Source of the DNA: Diadema antillarum
Taxonomy: Eukaryota
Direction: 5' to 3'
NCBI RefSeq assembly: GCF_040938485.1
Contig: NW_027272607.1
Coordinates: 186,001 to 250,000, forward strand
DNA length: 64,000 bases
The notes under the pieces were generated by a model. The model made no database searches. It saw only the letters and a list, made by a program, of their open reading frames with translations, and was not told the DNA's origin. The position numbers and the translations under genes are program-made. How positions within the stretch are numbered: the first letter of the stretch is position 1; each line of letters starts with the position of its first letter. This document shows positions 12,599 to 24,499 of this stretch, one piece after another.

Positions 12599-12617
12599 TG
12601 ACTACGTGTAACGCCAT
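12599..12617 (-). CDS. NAA35: NAA35 probable first coding exon (MALHVV + 1 nt)
   Basis: ccgATGGCG start, GTAAGT donor at 12598. Phase 1 matches the 2-nt overhang of the 9431 exon (joins as S-RQDVPRNW). Lies in a CpG-rich promoter-like region. An additional small exon between this one and 9431 cannot be excluded. Confidence 0.5.
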
Positions 12618-12960
12618 CGGCCTGATGCGCTTGATTTCACGGGATCTTCAGGAGGTTTGTGTAGTTTCCGATCCGTGAAGTTCCAGTCCAAGTCATCAAG
12701 CTATAACTTTATAAGTCAAGGTCATGGGGGTCAATTGTCACCTGATAGAGTTGGATGTGTCAGTCAGGTGACCCCCTAGTCAGGTTAAAGTCACAGTCCG
12801 GGTCTGGTTAAGGTCGTGAGGTACAGTAAATAGGAGGGGAAGTCAAAGCCGACCATCCCCCAAAACCAAATCCCACTACACTTCTCTGGATAAAGTTACA
12901 TGTAAATAAACGCATGGGACTACACGTTTTCGGAGGCCGTCGAATCGGCAACTCGCGTTG
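12600..12960 (-). promoter_or_regulatory. Probable NAA35 promoter / 5' UTR
   Basis: CpG-rich segment upstream of the ATG with three ACTACA-type motifs (about 12660, 12876, 12899), resembling the ZNF143/THAP11-type housekeeping promoter motif. Confidence 0.4.
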
Positions 12961-13240
12961 TAAACTTCTATTAGCACTAATTATGCTGTCAATATGACTC
13001 TTAATACCCAGAAAGAAGTGGAGCACATAATTGGGTAAAGAATTCGGCTTCAGCCGTTTATAAAACTGGAACATTGAGAGATTAATAAGGTGATTCTTAC
13101 CCAGATTCGGTAACTTGTATCCCAGTCTGCCCGCTCATATTGGCCATATTCATCTGGAAATAGCTAGCAGCCAGTTAGACTTGCGCTAACGGAACCGAGA
13201 GGGCGTCTTTTCGTTTAAAGATCAGTAGGCGATCTTCGTC

Positions 13241-13818
13241 GGTAAGCACTATCTGGGCACCCGTCCCGCTTCATCATGAATATTCATCATCTACATGTAT
13301 CCGTAATACCGTTGAAATACATATTTTTTTCATTTCCCGGCAGCGTTTTTACATTTCTCGGCAAAACTGAACATTTTTCCATCTCCCGACGAGACGTTTT
13401 AACATTCCCCGTTGGTGCAATTTTTCGAGATTTTTACATTTCCCGGCCATACGTTTTGCACGTATCCAGCGTTCTGCCATTTACTAGTACAGTATCTTAC
13501 TGCGTCGTAAGCACTATTTGGGCACCCGTCCCGCTTCATCATGAATATTCATCACGCAGTAAGATACTGTACTAGTAAATGGCAGAACGCTGGATACGTG
13601 CAAAACGTATGGCCGGGAAATGTAAAAATCTCGAAAAATTGCACCAACGGGGAATGTTAAAACGTCTCGTCGGGAGATGGAAAAATGTTCAGTTTTGCCG
13701 AGAAATGTAAAAACGCTGCCGGGAAATGAAAAAAATATGTATTTCAACGGTATTACGGATACATGTAGATGATGAATATTCATGATGAAGCGGGACGGGT
13801 GCCCAGATAGTGCTTACC
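13241..13818. repeat. Perfect inverted repeat: 264-bp arms (13242-13505 / 13554-13817) with 48-bp spacer
   Basis: No mismatch found between the arms by eye; the ORF track shows the same 77 N-terminal residues on both strands. Confidence 0.95.
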
Positions 13819-14984
13819 CACTCCTCCGTCATTCGCCGCTTGGCAGAAAGAGCTATAGAGAAGCAGCAACATCTGTATGTATGTTTTATCGACTACACGA
13901 AGGCGTTTGATAAGGTTAAACATGAAGAATTGTTCAAGACACTCGACAAGCTAGACATTGATGACGAAGATAAAAGGTTGTTGGCAGACCTGTACTGGAG
14001 GCAATCAGCTGCGGTACAGCATGATGGAGAAGTTGGTGATTGGCAGGATATTGAGCGAGGTGTGCGACAAGGATGTGTTGGTTCGCCATACATGTTCAAC
14101 TTATACACAGAGTCAATGGGACGCCTATCGACGAATTACCTGGCTTTGCAATCGGAGGCAGTCAACTCACAAACATGAGGTACGCCGATGACACGGTGAT
14201 TCTAGCTGACAGTGCAGAGAAGTTGCAGGGATTGATGGATGTTGTCTCCAGAGCAAGCGAGGAAAAGGGGCTATCGATTAACATCGCGAAATCAGTAACC
14301 ATGGTCTTCAGCAAAACTGCACAGCCACCTCGATGTTCGATTATGATAAATGGACAAGAGCTGAAGCAGGTGTCATCTTTCAATTACCTCGGTAGCCTGC
14401 TGACTTCAGACAGCCGCTCAGAACAAGAAATCAAGCGTAGAATTGGCATTGGAAAGACAGCGTTTCAGAACATGCGCAAGGTGATGACGAACTGCAAATT
14501 GTCCATCGCCACAAGGAAACGGTTCTTGAAGACATACATAATTATTTATGGTCAGCTATGACATACGGCGCCGAGACATGGACAGTTAATAAGCCGATGA
14601 GACACAGAATAGAAAGTTTCGAGATGTGGTGCTACAGGCGAATGTTGAAAATATCATGGACGGAAAGAAAATCAAACACAGAAGTACTAGAAATGGTGTC
14701 GGCTGAATGTGAGCTGCTCTCCACCATCAGGAAAAGCCAGATGCAGTTTTTGGGCCATGTCGTGAGGAAGAGGCAAACTGAACATCTAGTCCTGTCTGGA
14801 TTTGTGAATGGGAAGAGATCACGTGGACGACAGCGACTCACTTTTCTTTCTGCAATGGCTGGATTAGTCGGCGAGAGAGGATCTACATTGCTGCATTCGT
14901 GCGACGATAGAGGGAGATGGCGGAAACATACTGCATCAGTGATCGCCAACGGGCAGTGACGTCCATGGCAGAACAGAGAGAGAG
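13819..14984 (+). mobile_element. 5'-truncated RTE-clade non-LTR retrotransposon (RT domain and C-terminus, two frameshifts)
   Basis: FIDYTKAFD, GVRQGC, RYADD, FNYLGS, YGAETW, FEMWCYRRMLKISW, RGRQR motifs across ORFs 13810-14178, 14073-14561 and 14558-14959; very short 3' UTR ending in an (AG)n tail. Confidence 0.93.
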
Positions 14985-16399
14985 GCCCTAGATTTTACAA
15001 GACTGCATTACAGTATTTACCAGGGAGTCTCCGTCGCCTCCCTGGTACAGTAATATTTACGCCCGGCTCCCACCCCTGGATCAGGCGGTCAACTGCATGC
15101 ACATAACATTTATTATCTAGAAAATCTACATTTTTATGCGATGTTTGCTCCAGATTCTCAGAGATATGCCCCTTTAGGGATGGCTATATCATGGGTCAGG
15201 ATTGTGACCCTCCTATCACGGGATTTTTGGAAGGGTAGCTATGTAAATGACCCCCTTTCACAGGTTTTGGGATGTGAAGATAGCAATCAAATACAGTACA
15301 TTAATGCCACCTAAAATGAAGGAAGAGTGTCCACAATGTCAGCCCTTCACATACATGGACGGCCACAGTGTCTGGATCCGTATCATACCAGAGAAGATGT
15401 ACTTCACTGGAAAAAGAAGGCCAGTCCGGCGTGTTTTGCAGCTGAACACATCAATCCATAATAATTCACATTCGGGAGAATCGGGGCAAACACAAACTCT
15501 AGCCGCACTACCCCGGAATTTTTCGGGGGTTGAAACTAACCCTGTTCGGGACTCTATTTCACTGTTGGGGAAAGATTGGAAAACCACCCCTGATTAAAAC
15601 ATTAATTCAATGAAAATGCTGTAGGCCCTAAGACTTCCTATTTTAACAATTTTCGGGATTTTTCCCCCCTGAAGTGAACCCCGACCCTTTTCCGAAAAAT
15701 TGGGAACGCGCATGCGGTACAGAATGAAACCTGAGTGGGCGGGTGGGGGGGGGGGGGTATTTACAAGATAGGGGCCTATATAACTAGTAGGACCTATCAT
15801 TGATCTTTACAGGAGGTCTCCTATATAGGGATTGATGCGGGTAATGCCAAAGGACAGGTTTATGATTGTAGGCCCTACTTTCATTGAATGTCGGCCTACA
15901 TTGTGTACATCAAAATATCAAAGCGTGTGTAGACCTATACACAACGTGGGATACATACTTGGATATGTTGATACATGTACATGTATATAAGATTGTATGT
16001 GTTTTTGTTGGAGTTTTTTTTTAATCAAATTCACGAGAAAACTTCAGTTTGACCTTTTTATTTTCTTATTGGATTATCAGTATGATGAAGTTTAATCATT
16101 GCATTGACATAACAAAGTAATGATAACAGTACACTCACAGATGTATTGCAAATGACAACAACAATAAAAAAATGTCAACGTTTATTTTCGAACACAAAGA
16201 AAGATACACTTATACAAAGAGCCTCCAGTAAGTACAGAAGATGGCTGACTGAAATAAGATAATATCATGACTACATCTTGATTGTTACAAACATACCATG
16301 ATTATGAAAGACACAGAAAATAAAAACTGGAGTGGCAAAAGGTTCGATTTCAGATTTTTTTTTTCTTCGAAGTATATTCGAAGTTTAGCCCCACCCCAA

Positions 16400-16609
16400 G
16401 AAGGGTCATGTGACCTGTTTGAACAAATTGAAATGGTATTACCCTATGCACCAAGTGTGGTGAAAATCCGTCATGGGGTTTTCAAGAAGAACTTAAAATA
16501 TCAAAGGCTTAACGTATGGCGCACGACGGACGCCGGGCAATGACAAAAAAAAAATAATAATCGTATACTATAAAAGGTCACTCTAGCATTAGGCTCAAGA
16601 GAGCTAAAA
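16400..16609 (+). mobile_element. Possible non-autonomous Helentron/HINE-like relic
   Basis: GACGGACGCC micro-repeat followed by a degenerate ...GGCTCAAGAGAGCTAAAA end resembling HINE 3' ends; recognition from memory only. Confidence 0.3.
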
Positions 16610-18186
16610 TCGAAGGCAAGTCAAACATTTCGGAACTCTCCCCAATGGAGAGTTATGTATGTCTATCAAACATTCATATGCTTCTAAACATTACATGCAT
16701 ACATTTTGTTATGACTACTGAAAGTTCTCAATAAGATAATTTTCTTTTCTTATTACAGTCTTGTATACGTATCGTTTCATATCTTCTGCATGGACTAGAC
16801 AAAGGACAAACACAAATACAATAAAACGACACCAAGATCTTAAGGCAAGGACCCCGAACAACTTTCAAGGGTTCCACCCATGAAAAAGTACTATAAGCTT
16901 CACATTCCGAAAGGGAACAATCCCTTCACGTCCTCTTTCCGTGAATATTCTTTTTTTTTTCTTTCAGAAGTGATTTCGATCAGTTTGTTTGCTCATTAAT
17001 TTTGCTTTCCCACGTAGATTTGCTGTCATTTGGAAGTCAAGTATATAAGTTACATCGAGAATAATGAAGCAGTAGACGATAATTGCTACATTCGACAACA
17101 AGAACGTATAAACATTTTCAATCTTATATCTTCTATTCACTAACATATTTTGTCCACTTCGAAACGTTCCGCAAATCGAATTTCCACCCAATTAAAGTAC
17201 ACTGATGGTCAGACAAGGCACTCAAAGTTGATACAGAAAATTGACCTTATCTAAAGGTACAGTCCTATGCTTTGTATAAATGTGATGAAATGTAATGCAT
17301 AACGATAGATCAATATGCATAGCCATGGCCACTTGCATATATTGTAAGTTCCTGAAGCCCCTTGTACAATACGCTTTACTTTTACTTTATTCACATTTAT
17401 ACAGATATTCCAAAGTATCTATCACTAAGTTTTAGAAAGAGGAAAATCAGTAGTAATGTGTCATACCTATTTACGTTCACGATGTTTTGCATAATGCCAA
17501 GTTATTCATCCCGTTTTTGTATGTTTTGCTAATGTTTCTGTTTGCATCAGAACATTACCAAAATTAATGTGATATGATTCTGTTCAGCGCAACATATTCG
17601 TCTCACCGACCAACTCCAGTCTATTTTCATTTGAAGACCTAAGTATTGTACAAGTACATACAGTATTTCGTGTCTATGGTTACCTTTTATGGCAATGTTT
17701 ATTTTCTGTCAAAACGAAATTCTTCGAAAATAACGACATTTTCTTTATCATGTCTGCGAAAATACAGTGTTATTATCACTATAAAAATTCTGAGGAAGAT
17801 ATATAGAAGCACTGACGAGTGTAGAACTTTATAATGCAGGTACTGCTTTACAGGTGGGCAGAAAAGCAGCTCAGTAACGAAAGTCTGACACATTCAAACT
17901 AATTTCCCCCCTGGGATTAAGCACCGTGGTCATTAGAGGATTTGCTTACGATGACGAAGTTCTGTGACGTCACAACAGCTCATTTACTATCTATCATGAT
18001 TATGCTTAAGTTTGAAAATAATGCGTACAATGGAGTATTAACAAAAGTTGCATATCAAAATAAAGAACACACATACAAACTAAAACAAAAATTGCATTAT
18101 CATCATGATTAGGCATCATATTGAAATTGATTAACAACTTTCAAAACTCGGCATCATAATCGTTATGCCTACACGTATATACTTTA

Positions 18187-18234
18187 ATGAAAAGTTATAT
18201 CCGGTGATATATGAAAAGTTATATCCGGTGATAT
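18187..18234. repeat. Exact 24-bp tandem duplication (ATGAAAAGTTATATCCGGTGATAT x2)
   Basis: Read directly. Confidence 0.95.
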
Positions 18235-18418
18235 ACTGTACAATGCAGATAAGATCAGTTGGTTTCATTGGGTACTTGGTTTCCATCTAGCATTTGTAAT
18301 TGCTTTTGTTCCCGGCCGAAAAAAAAAATAGTTAGCAGTTGGCTTGTCCGACGCATTCGACCAAGCCAACGGATGATTTTAAAGCAAAGTGAGGTACCCG
18401 CGCCTCGTCATACCATCA

Positions 18419-18725
18419 GGGGCCCTAATACCGTCACCCTGCGTAAAATTGCTACAAGCGCACTGAACAAAAATGTATGCCCAGGACTGTGTTCAGCACG
18501 CTTGAAACTTTGCAGGGTTACTACAACCAAGGAAACTGAGCTGAAATTTGAAAGTCCAAGTTGAAAATTGTTTTTCTTGAAAATCTTAAATCTATATTAG
18601 GAGTACCTGTTATGAGTATCATCACGGTCACCCACACACGTCTTTTACGAGCTTTGTCTATGGGAGCATCACGGTCTCCCGCATACGGTCTTTATGGGAG
18701 CACGGGGTAACGAGGTGCGGGCCCC
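18419..18725. mobile_element. Harbinger-like MITE (GGGGCCC termini)
   Basis: Imperfect TIRs of about 22 bp; flanks TCA / TAA. Confidence 0.45.
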
Positions 18726-19507
18726 TAAAGCACATAACTATTCCGCATCGTTCTCGTTTAACTGGAATATCTGGAAATTTCCGGTATCGATTAGTGAACT
18801 TGTGGTTCCTTTTGAATCTTCAGCATTTTCCTGTACGTGAGTGGGATTTCATAGAATTTCAATGACGAAATGCGATTTACATGCATAAACATATGACAAG
18901 GTGCGGGTCACTCAACTGTATGATGTAGATCTCGTCTCGATCCCTTTGGGATGGTAGGACAGTGTTGTAAATAATTCTTCATTATCTCGCATCTTCTTCA
19001 ATCTTAGCCCTCCCCAGCGGCATTTTGCAACCTATTTCCACATGCAAATTCATATAATGTATCTTCCTATTAATCGCTAATATCACGAAAACAGGTTTGT
19101 TCTTAAACAGGCAAGATGGATAGTAATTATTCTACATCATTATCGTCCCTAATGGCGTTGTATGTATTAACGAAGACATTCGCATATTTATTATATGCAT
19201 GCTAATTCCGTGATTGATCATGATACAATGCCCATAACGATTTAAGGTTATACAATTATAGACATTAGTAAGATCAAGGAGGTACTACATGTACCTCCTT
19301 GGTAAGATTAATATGTAGATTATAAACTGCACTATAACGCCTTTCAATGCAGTGATCTTAAATATAATTGATGATCACTTGATTATAAGACGAATAAAAA
19401 ATGCCAAATTGCCACAGGATAGTTTACACAGCACAGATTCATGGCGAGATTCCGTTTGGCTGATGGGAACGACAGAAACGGGGACAGGAGCAGATGGGTG
19501 ATGCTCA

Positions 19508-19917
19508 CTAGACCGAGGCAGTGGCCGGAGCGGTACCCGATGGAGATGCGGTGGGTTTCACGTCGGATGTTGCAGCGGCGGGAAGACTACTGTCTTCTTC
19601 AGATCTGTCGGGCGGCACATCGATGACTTGGTGGTCTTGTCTTCCCTCTCCTTCTCCTGCTCCTCCTCCCTCTCCTCCTTCTCCTTCTCCTCCTTCTCCT
19701 CCTCCTCCTCCTTCTCCTCCTCCTTCTCCTTCTCCTTCTCCTTCCCCTTCTCCAACTCGCCCTCCCCCTTCTCCTTCTCCAACTTCTTCTTCCTCTCCAA
19801 CTTTCTCTCGTCCTCCTCCTGCCCTCGTACAGCAGGTGGGGAACCACGAGGGACACCATGATGCCTGGCAGGTGGGGCACCAAGATGGCCAGATGGGATT
19901 TGGAGGGGGAAATTCTC
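19508..19917 (-). CDS. Predicted terminal exon of the membrane protein (EFPPPNPIWPSWCPTCQASWCPSWFPTCCTR, (GE)n tract, S/T/A/P tail, TAG)
   Basis: Acceptor ccatttccctctcgtttcaaacag; phase matches the phase-1 donor at 21100. The internal codon repeats differ mainly at synonymous third positions in this frame. Confidence 0.65.
19640..19822. repeat. (CTC/CTT)n tract, read on the minus strand as Gly/Glu codons
   Basis: Read directly. Confidence 0.9.
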
Positions 19918-21099
19918 CTGTTTGAAACGAGAGGGAAATGGAAAGGTGATCGCAGATCGCGACAACTTTCAGAAGTAATTATATCACGAGCAAATCACTA
20001 GACGCAACAGCCGATTAAGCCTTAGCTTCTTGTTCAGTGTTACTGTTGTGGTTTCTTCAATTTAAAGATACAATAAAAGACGCCTAAAATTATTTGAATG
20101 AAACTGTCATGTTGACCCTGCATGGGATTTTTGGTTTAGATTACCGCTTCTTTAATCCACAGTGACATTTGATCTATATTACAATATCAAGTTACATAGT
20201 TAATAGAATCTGAGACGAGACTGATACAAAGTTTTGTGTATACATAGTGACTGTGTCGCAATTACCACAAATGGTGGATAGATTTTGATAAATGGTAATG
20301 ATCAACTGCATACTGGCACAAAAATACTCTCTAGTAGGTCTCATCAAACAAGGTCAAGGTCTCCTTAACTTCCTCTTGAAATGACCATTTCAACAAATGG
20401 CATGAACTAAAATCATACGGGATGTGTGTAACATTCTAACAAATTGCCTGCTATAATAGTGTTATAAATGACAAATGAAATATATTATTTCCCAAACAGT
20501 TATGAGTGAAAATAAAATGTTATATTAGAAATCCGGTTAAGCTACAAAGTCGCCCAAACATGACTTTTCTTACAAGTGGTCTCGCAATAATAGATCCTAT
20601 GGAGTTTTTAATATCGTTATTATTTTAAAGTCCATAACTTTTATGATGAATTGTCAAAGAAAATTGCTTCCACCGTTTACTTTAAGCAAAATAATTGTTA
20701 TTTGTTAATAGCGACAAGGGTATACTAGATGACGAATATTTTATCGAGTGTTCACAACCTGTCCGAGATGGCACAGTGAATATGAGTGTTGTCATTTTGA
20801 CGTTATACCAAAATCTGTGACGTCAACAGCTAAGTGTATAATTTTGAGTAAACAATCGATCCTAACTAACTTTGGTTGGATAAAACTGTTCTCTTTGCAT
20901 GAGAGGGCTGCCTTCGTAAAACATGATGTATTCCACTTTCAAAATAATATTTGTCTTGGTTTTTTGTTTTGTTTGATTGTATGTTTGTTTGTTTGTTTGT
21001 TTGTTTGTTTGTTTTTTGTAAACGCTGAGTTATTGTAGGGATTATTTATTATAAAGCAGCGTTGGTATTAATCCACGATATATACTAGGAGCAGTATAC

Positions 21100-22903
21100 C
21101 TGTTTGGGCGTATTGACGGAGATCCTCCTCGAGTGAGAAGAGCCTGTCCTGGTAGCGATTTTTATCCTTCCCTGTCGAAGAACAAGGGTTGCTCTTGAAC
21201 TTCCCCGTCCCAGCCAGTAGCAATGACCCAAGTGTGATGATGTACTCGGCGACCTTGGGGATGTTCGTTTCCTTGTCGATGATAATAACGAACACAGCTA
21301 TCACGGCAAGGATGACAAGAATAATGACAAGATGCCTGAGGGTCCTGAATAAGTGGAGAATGAGCGGGAGGCGTTTCCTCATGATATCTCTCAGGAGGGA
21401 GGACCGGATGAAAAACTTTGTCTGTGGAGGACCATGAGTTCTGAAGATTCTGTGCTCTGGACCTCCGCCGTCGATTCCCTTCCCGACCGAGTACACCCGG
21501 TTGAAGAGCTGCTGGTAGTGATCGAAAAACGAGACGACGGACACCACGCATGCAACGACGGCAACAGCAATATTGATCCAGGCAGGGTAGATGTGATTGA
21601 GATTTATGGCGATGCCGGCGAGGGTGAGGATTACAATTTCCACGAGCAGTATTACGCTGGCTGAGAAGCGGAAGAAGCATAGAAGGGCTACCGGTATGTA
21701 GTACTTCAATTTCTTTTTATTAACCCGCAGCTCGTCGTACAGATCTAAGTCAAAGTCGACATCGTATCTAAAGACGTAGAACAAGAAGAGCCCCATTCCC
21801 ATGAGGTACATCAGATTAGCCAGCACATAATCAAGGACCACTTCCCGTGTCGAGTAGTCCTGCCCGAGTTGACTCCTGCGAAAGTTGTATTCGTCCTTCA
21901 TCGAAACGGCGTGACACACGTAGGCAATGACATACACCACCAGCGGCAAGGCCAAGACCACTCCCCAATAGACGGCACGAACTATTTGGTGGTACTTTTG
22001 TTGGCGCCACCTCCAGAAGAGAATCAGAGGTGGGATGAAGCCAATCCTCAAAATGTTTAGGTACGGATCATTCTCATTTTGCTGTATCGGCTCTGGGTCT
22101 ACATCGTCTATCTCGGTCCAGCCATTCTTTTGTCTCGATCTTATAAATATCAGGAGGACGATGATCCACACAATTGCCATACCTCCATACGTCAACCCAA
22201 ACGACAAAGGTACGATGGAACATGTAACTTCTTTTGTGAAGCAATCATAGTAAAAACTCGACTGCACTTCAAAAAGACTGTAACCAGGAATTAGGGACCC
22301 TCTGAATGAAGGTTGCGCTGTGCTCTTTTCCTTGCAAAGTAGGTCATTTTCAGAGTTAGGAAGTGACCCACCGGCTGCCTCAACGGTCATCCGAACATTC
22401 CGTATGATGTCTGATAGAGCTACAAATAGACAGGCCTCCATGGTGTCGTTTTGCCCCACCCCTAATGGGCTCTCTCCCAAGTGAACTGTTACTCGCCGAT
22501 TGCCTGGTGACAGCGTGTTAAGCGATAATGGCTCGTAATTGTAGGGAAACGTGAGAAGTGTTTCACCCCTCGTTCCCAAAGACCACACCCACATGTTACG
22601 CTCCATCATGTCTGCATTTGAATCAGCAGTGATGTTGATTCTCAGCATGACTGTGTAATTCCCGGTTAACTCTTCCACAAGCGCGGTAGTGGTAGCATTG
22701 ACGAAAGAGTCTGGAATTTGGCACCGAACATCGGTTATGTTCGGCAAGGAACGAGAAACGCGACTGACGGGAGCTTGATTGGGAGTTTCCCTCTTAGTAT
22801 GGCTGAACAGCACCATGGTGGAGAGAGTGAGAAACGTGGTCAATAAAAGGGCCGCCATCACAAGGCGCCTCGAGACCGAGACCTGTGTCCGAATCGCCGG
22901 CAT
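21100..22903 (-). CDS. Orphan multi-pass membrane glycoprotein, large exon (signal/anchor, about 200-aa ectodomain, about 7-8 TM segments)
   Basis: Long GC-rich ORF. The track's start at 22996 runs through a 3' splice site (pyrimidine tract ...tattgcag, exon begins 22953); first in-frame ATG is 22903. Hydrophobic segments read by eye; five N-x-T sequons. Donor CAG|GTATAC at 21100/21099; the unspliced form would stop at 21068. Confidence 0.85.
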
Positions 22904-24499
22904 GTTCGTTCTTCCTGTGTTGCCACTGCGCCACTGTGCGGCCACTGTCTTGCCTGCAATATTGGGGAACAATGGACAGAGAAACGTCAATAGCAACTAA
23001 TATGATAAACCAAGCAGTCCCATTTTTCAGCGACAGTTTTTGAGATTCGTCCATTTTCTTCTTTTCTGATTTGCAATATTCAGCTATTGGTTGGCTTTTT
23101 TAACGAAAGAAATCTCTGTCGTAATGATTACATTTTAGACGTCATGCCAGAAAAAAAATATGAAATCAGTCTTACGATGGAAGTGACGGAAATAAAATCG
23201 GCTGATTTCTTCACATAGGAAGTCAGGGACAAGACTACGAGCAATATTAGATTTGTTGTATTTTTATGCTCTTGATGCGACAAGGTCAAATGCTGCCAGT
23301 AATATTATTTTCATTGTATTTCACATGCAGCTTTTTCAATCCGGTCATTGTGAAACTCATTATTCTTCATTCTTAGCGAAACCACCTATCCATGCAACAA
23401 TAAACTACCCACATAATGACACCAGCCATTAGCTTTGATTCTTGTTGATAGGCATGTCTTCCTGTGGTGAAATAGAAGAAAGTGCAGAGAAATTTATCTT
23501 ACATTTTCCCTTCCAACTGTCTTTTTCTTTCTATATCTCTTTAGCCATGTTATCTATTTCATTTTCTATCAATGTTTTAAGTACATAACTATACAGTTAT
23601 ATAAATATACACCTTAATTATGAATGATCATATTGCAGAGACTGAGAAAAACGTGGGGTTAATGATCAAAGGTGTTGAACGCAGACTATTTATACCGAAC
23701 GCGCAATCGTACGTGTGACCTTTCTTCAAAAGCTGTATGGAGGGATTACAATGTAGGTTACCAGACGGGCTCTTAAATATACTGATATAAGCCATTGAAA
23801 CTTCACACAAAAATGTATGTTCATGCAATCCTCCCACAAACTTGTTTTATGCATCAGCGCTGTTTCGAAAAATGATGCATTATGTTTCAATTATGCATAT
23901 GTGATCTTTAAAAGAGGCGGGTTGAACACTTCATAAATTTGAACACAAACACCCTATGAAATTGTTTATCTTACGTACAAATTTTGCACTCCATACTTAT
24001 ACATGTATTATCATACTTGTGACATCAAGAAACTAAGAGATGAAAGCAATATGTTATTTGTAAATATGAGAAAAAAAGTAAGCAATGATTTTACTTTATA
24101 ATCCTCTTAGCACTTGTCAAAACACTTGAAATTGTATCATGAAATTCTATTTAAACAAACCAGCCTATCGTCTTAACTGGAGGTGACGAAATATATGTAC
24201 AAGATAATCATTATTATACACTTTTTTTCCATGATTACATGAACATTACAAGCTGGCAAAGTGAAAAGTAATTTCATAACCCAGTGCAAAATTGTGCACC
24301 TCCTGTAAATACAAACAATCATGATAATGTTCTTTAAGCATGATATGTGGATATTCAGGGATTGGTTTCGTTTTTGTTCGTAAACCGCATGAGAGTTCAG
24401 AGCTTATCTTTTTACAGGATATTTCACAGGAAGCATGTGGTGATCGTGGATTATTGTGGAAGCAAGTTGTCAAAGCACGTCTGCACACGGTTTGGACCT

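Noticed and set aside
13276-13783. Twin ORFs MNIHHL... on both strands
   Set aside because: By-product of the palindrome; no protein-like features.
19558-19965. E/K-rich ORF (and R-rich and P/S-rich ORFs) over the purine tract
   Set aside because: GGA/GAA repeats are stop-free in all frames. This frame would need a phase-0 donor that I did not find, and the silent-site pattern favours the Gly/Glu frame. Not fully excluded.
22954-22996. N-terminal MLLTFLCPLFPNIA of the 642-aa ORF
   Set aside because: Non-ATG start running through a polypyrimidine tract and AG acceptor; likely intronic.
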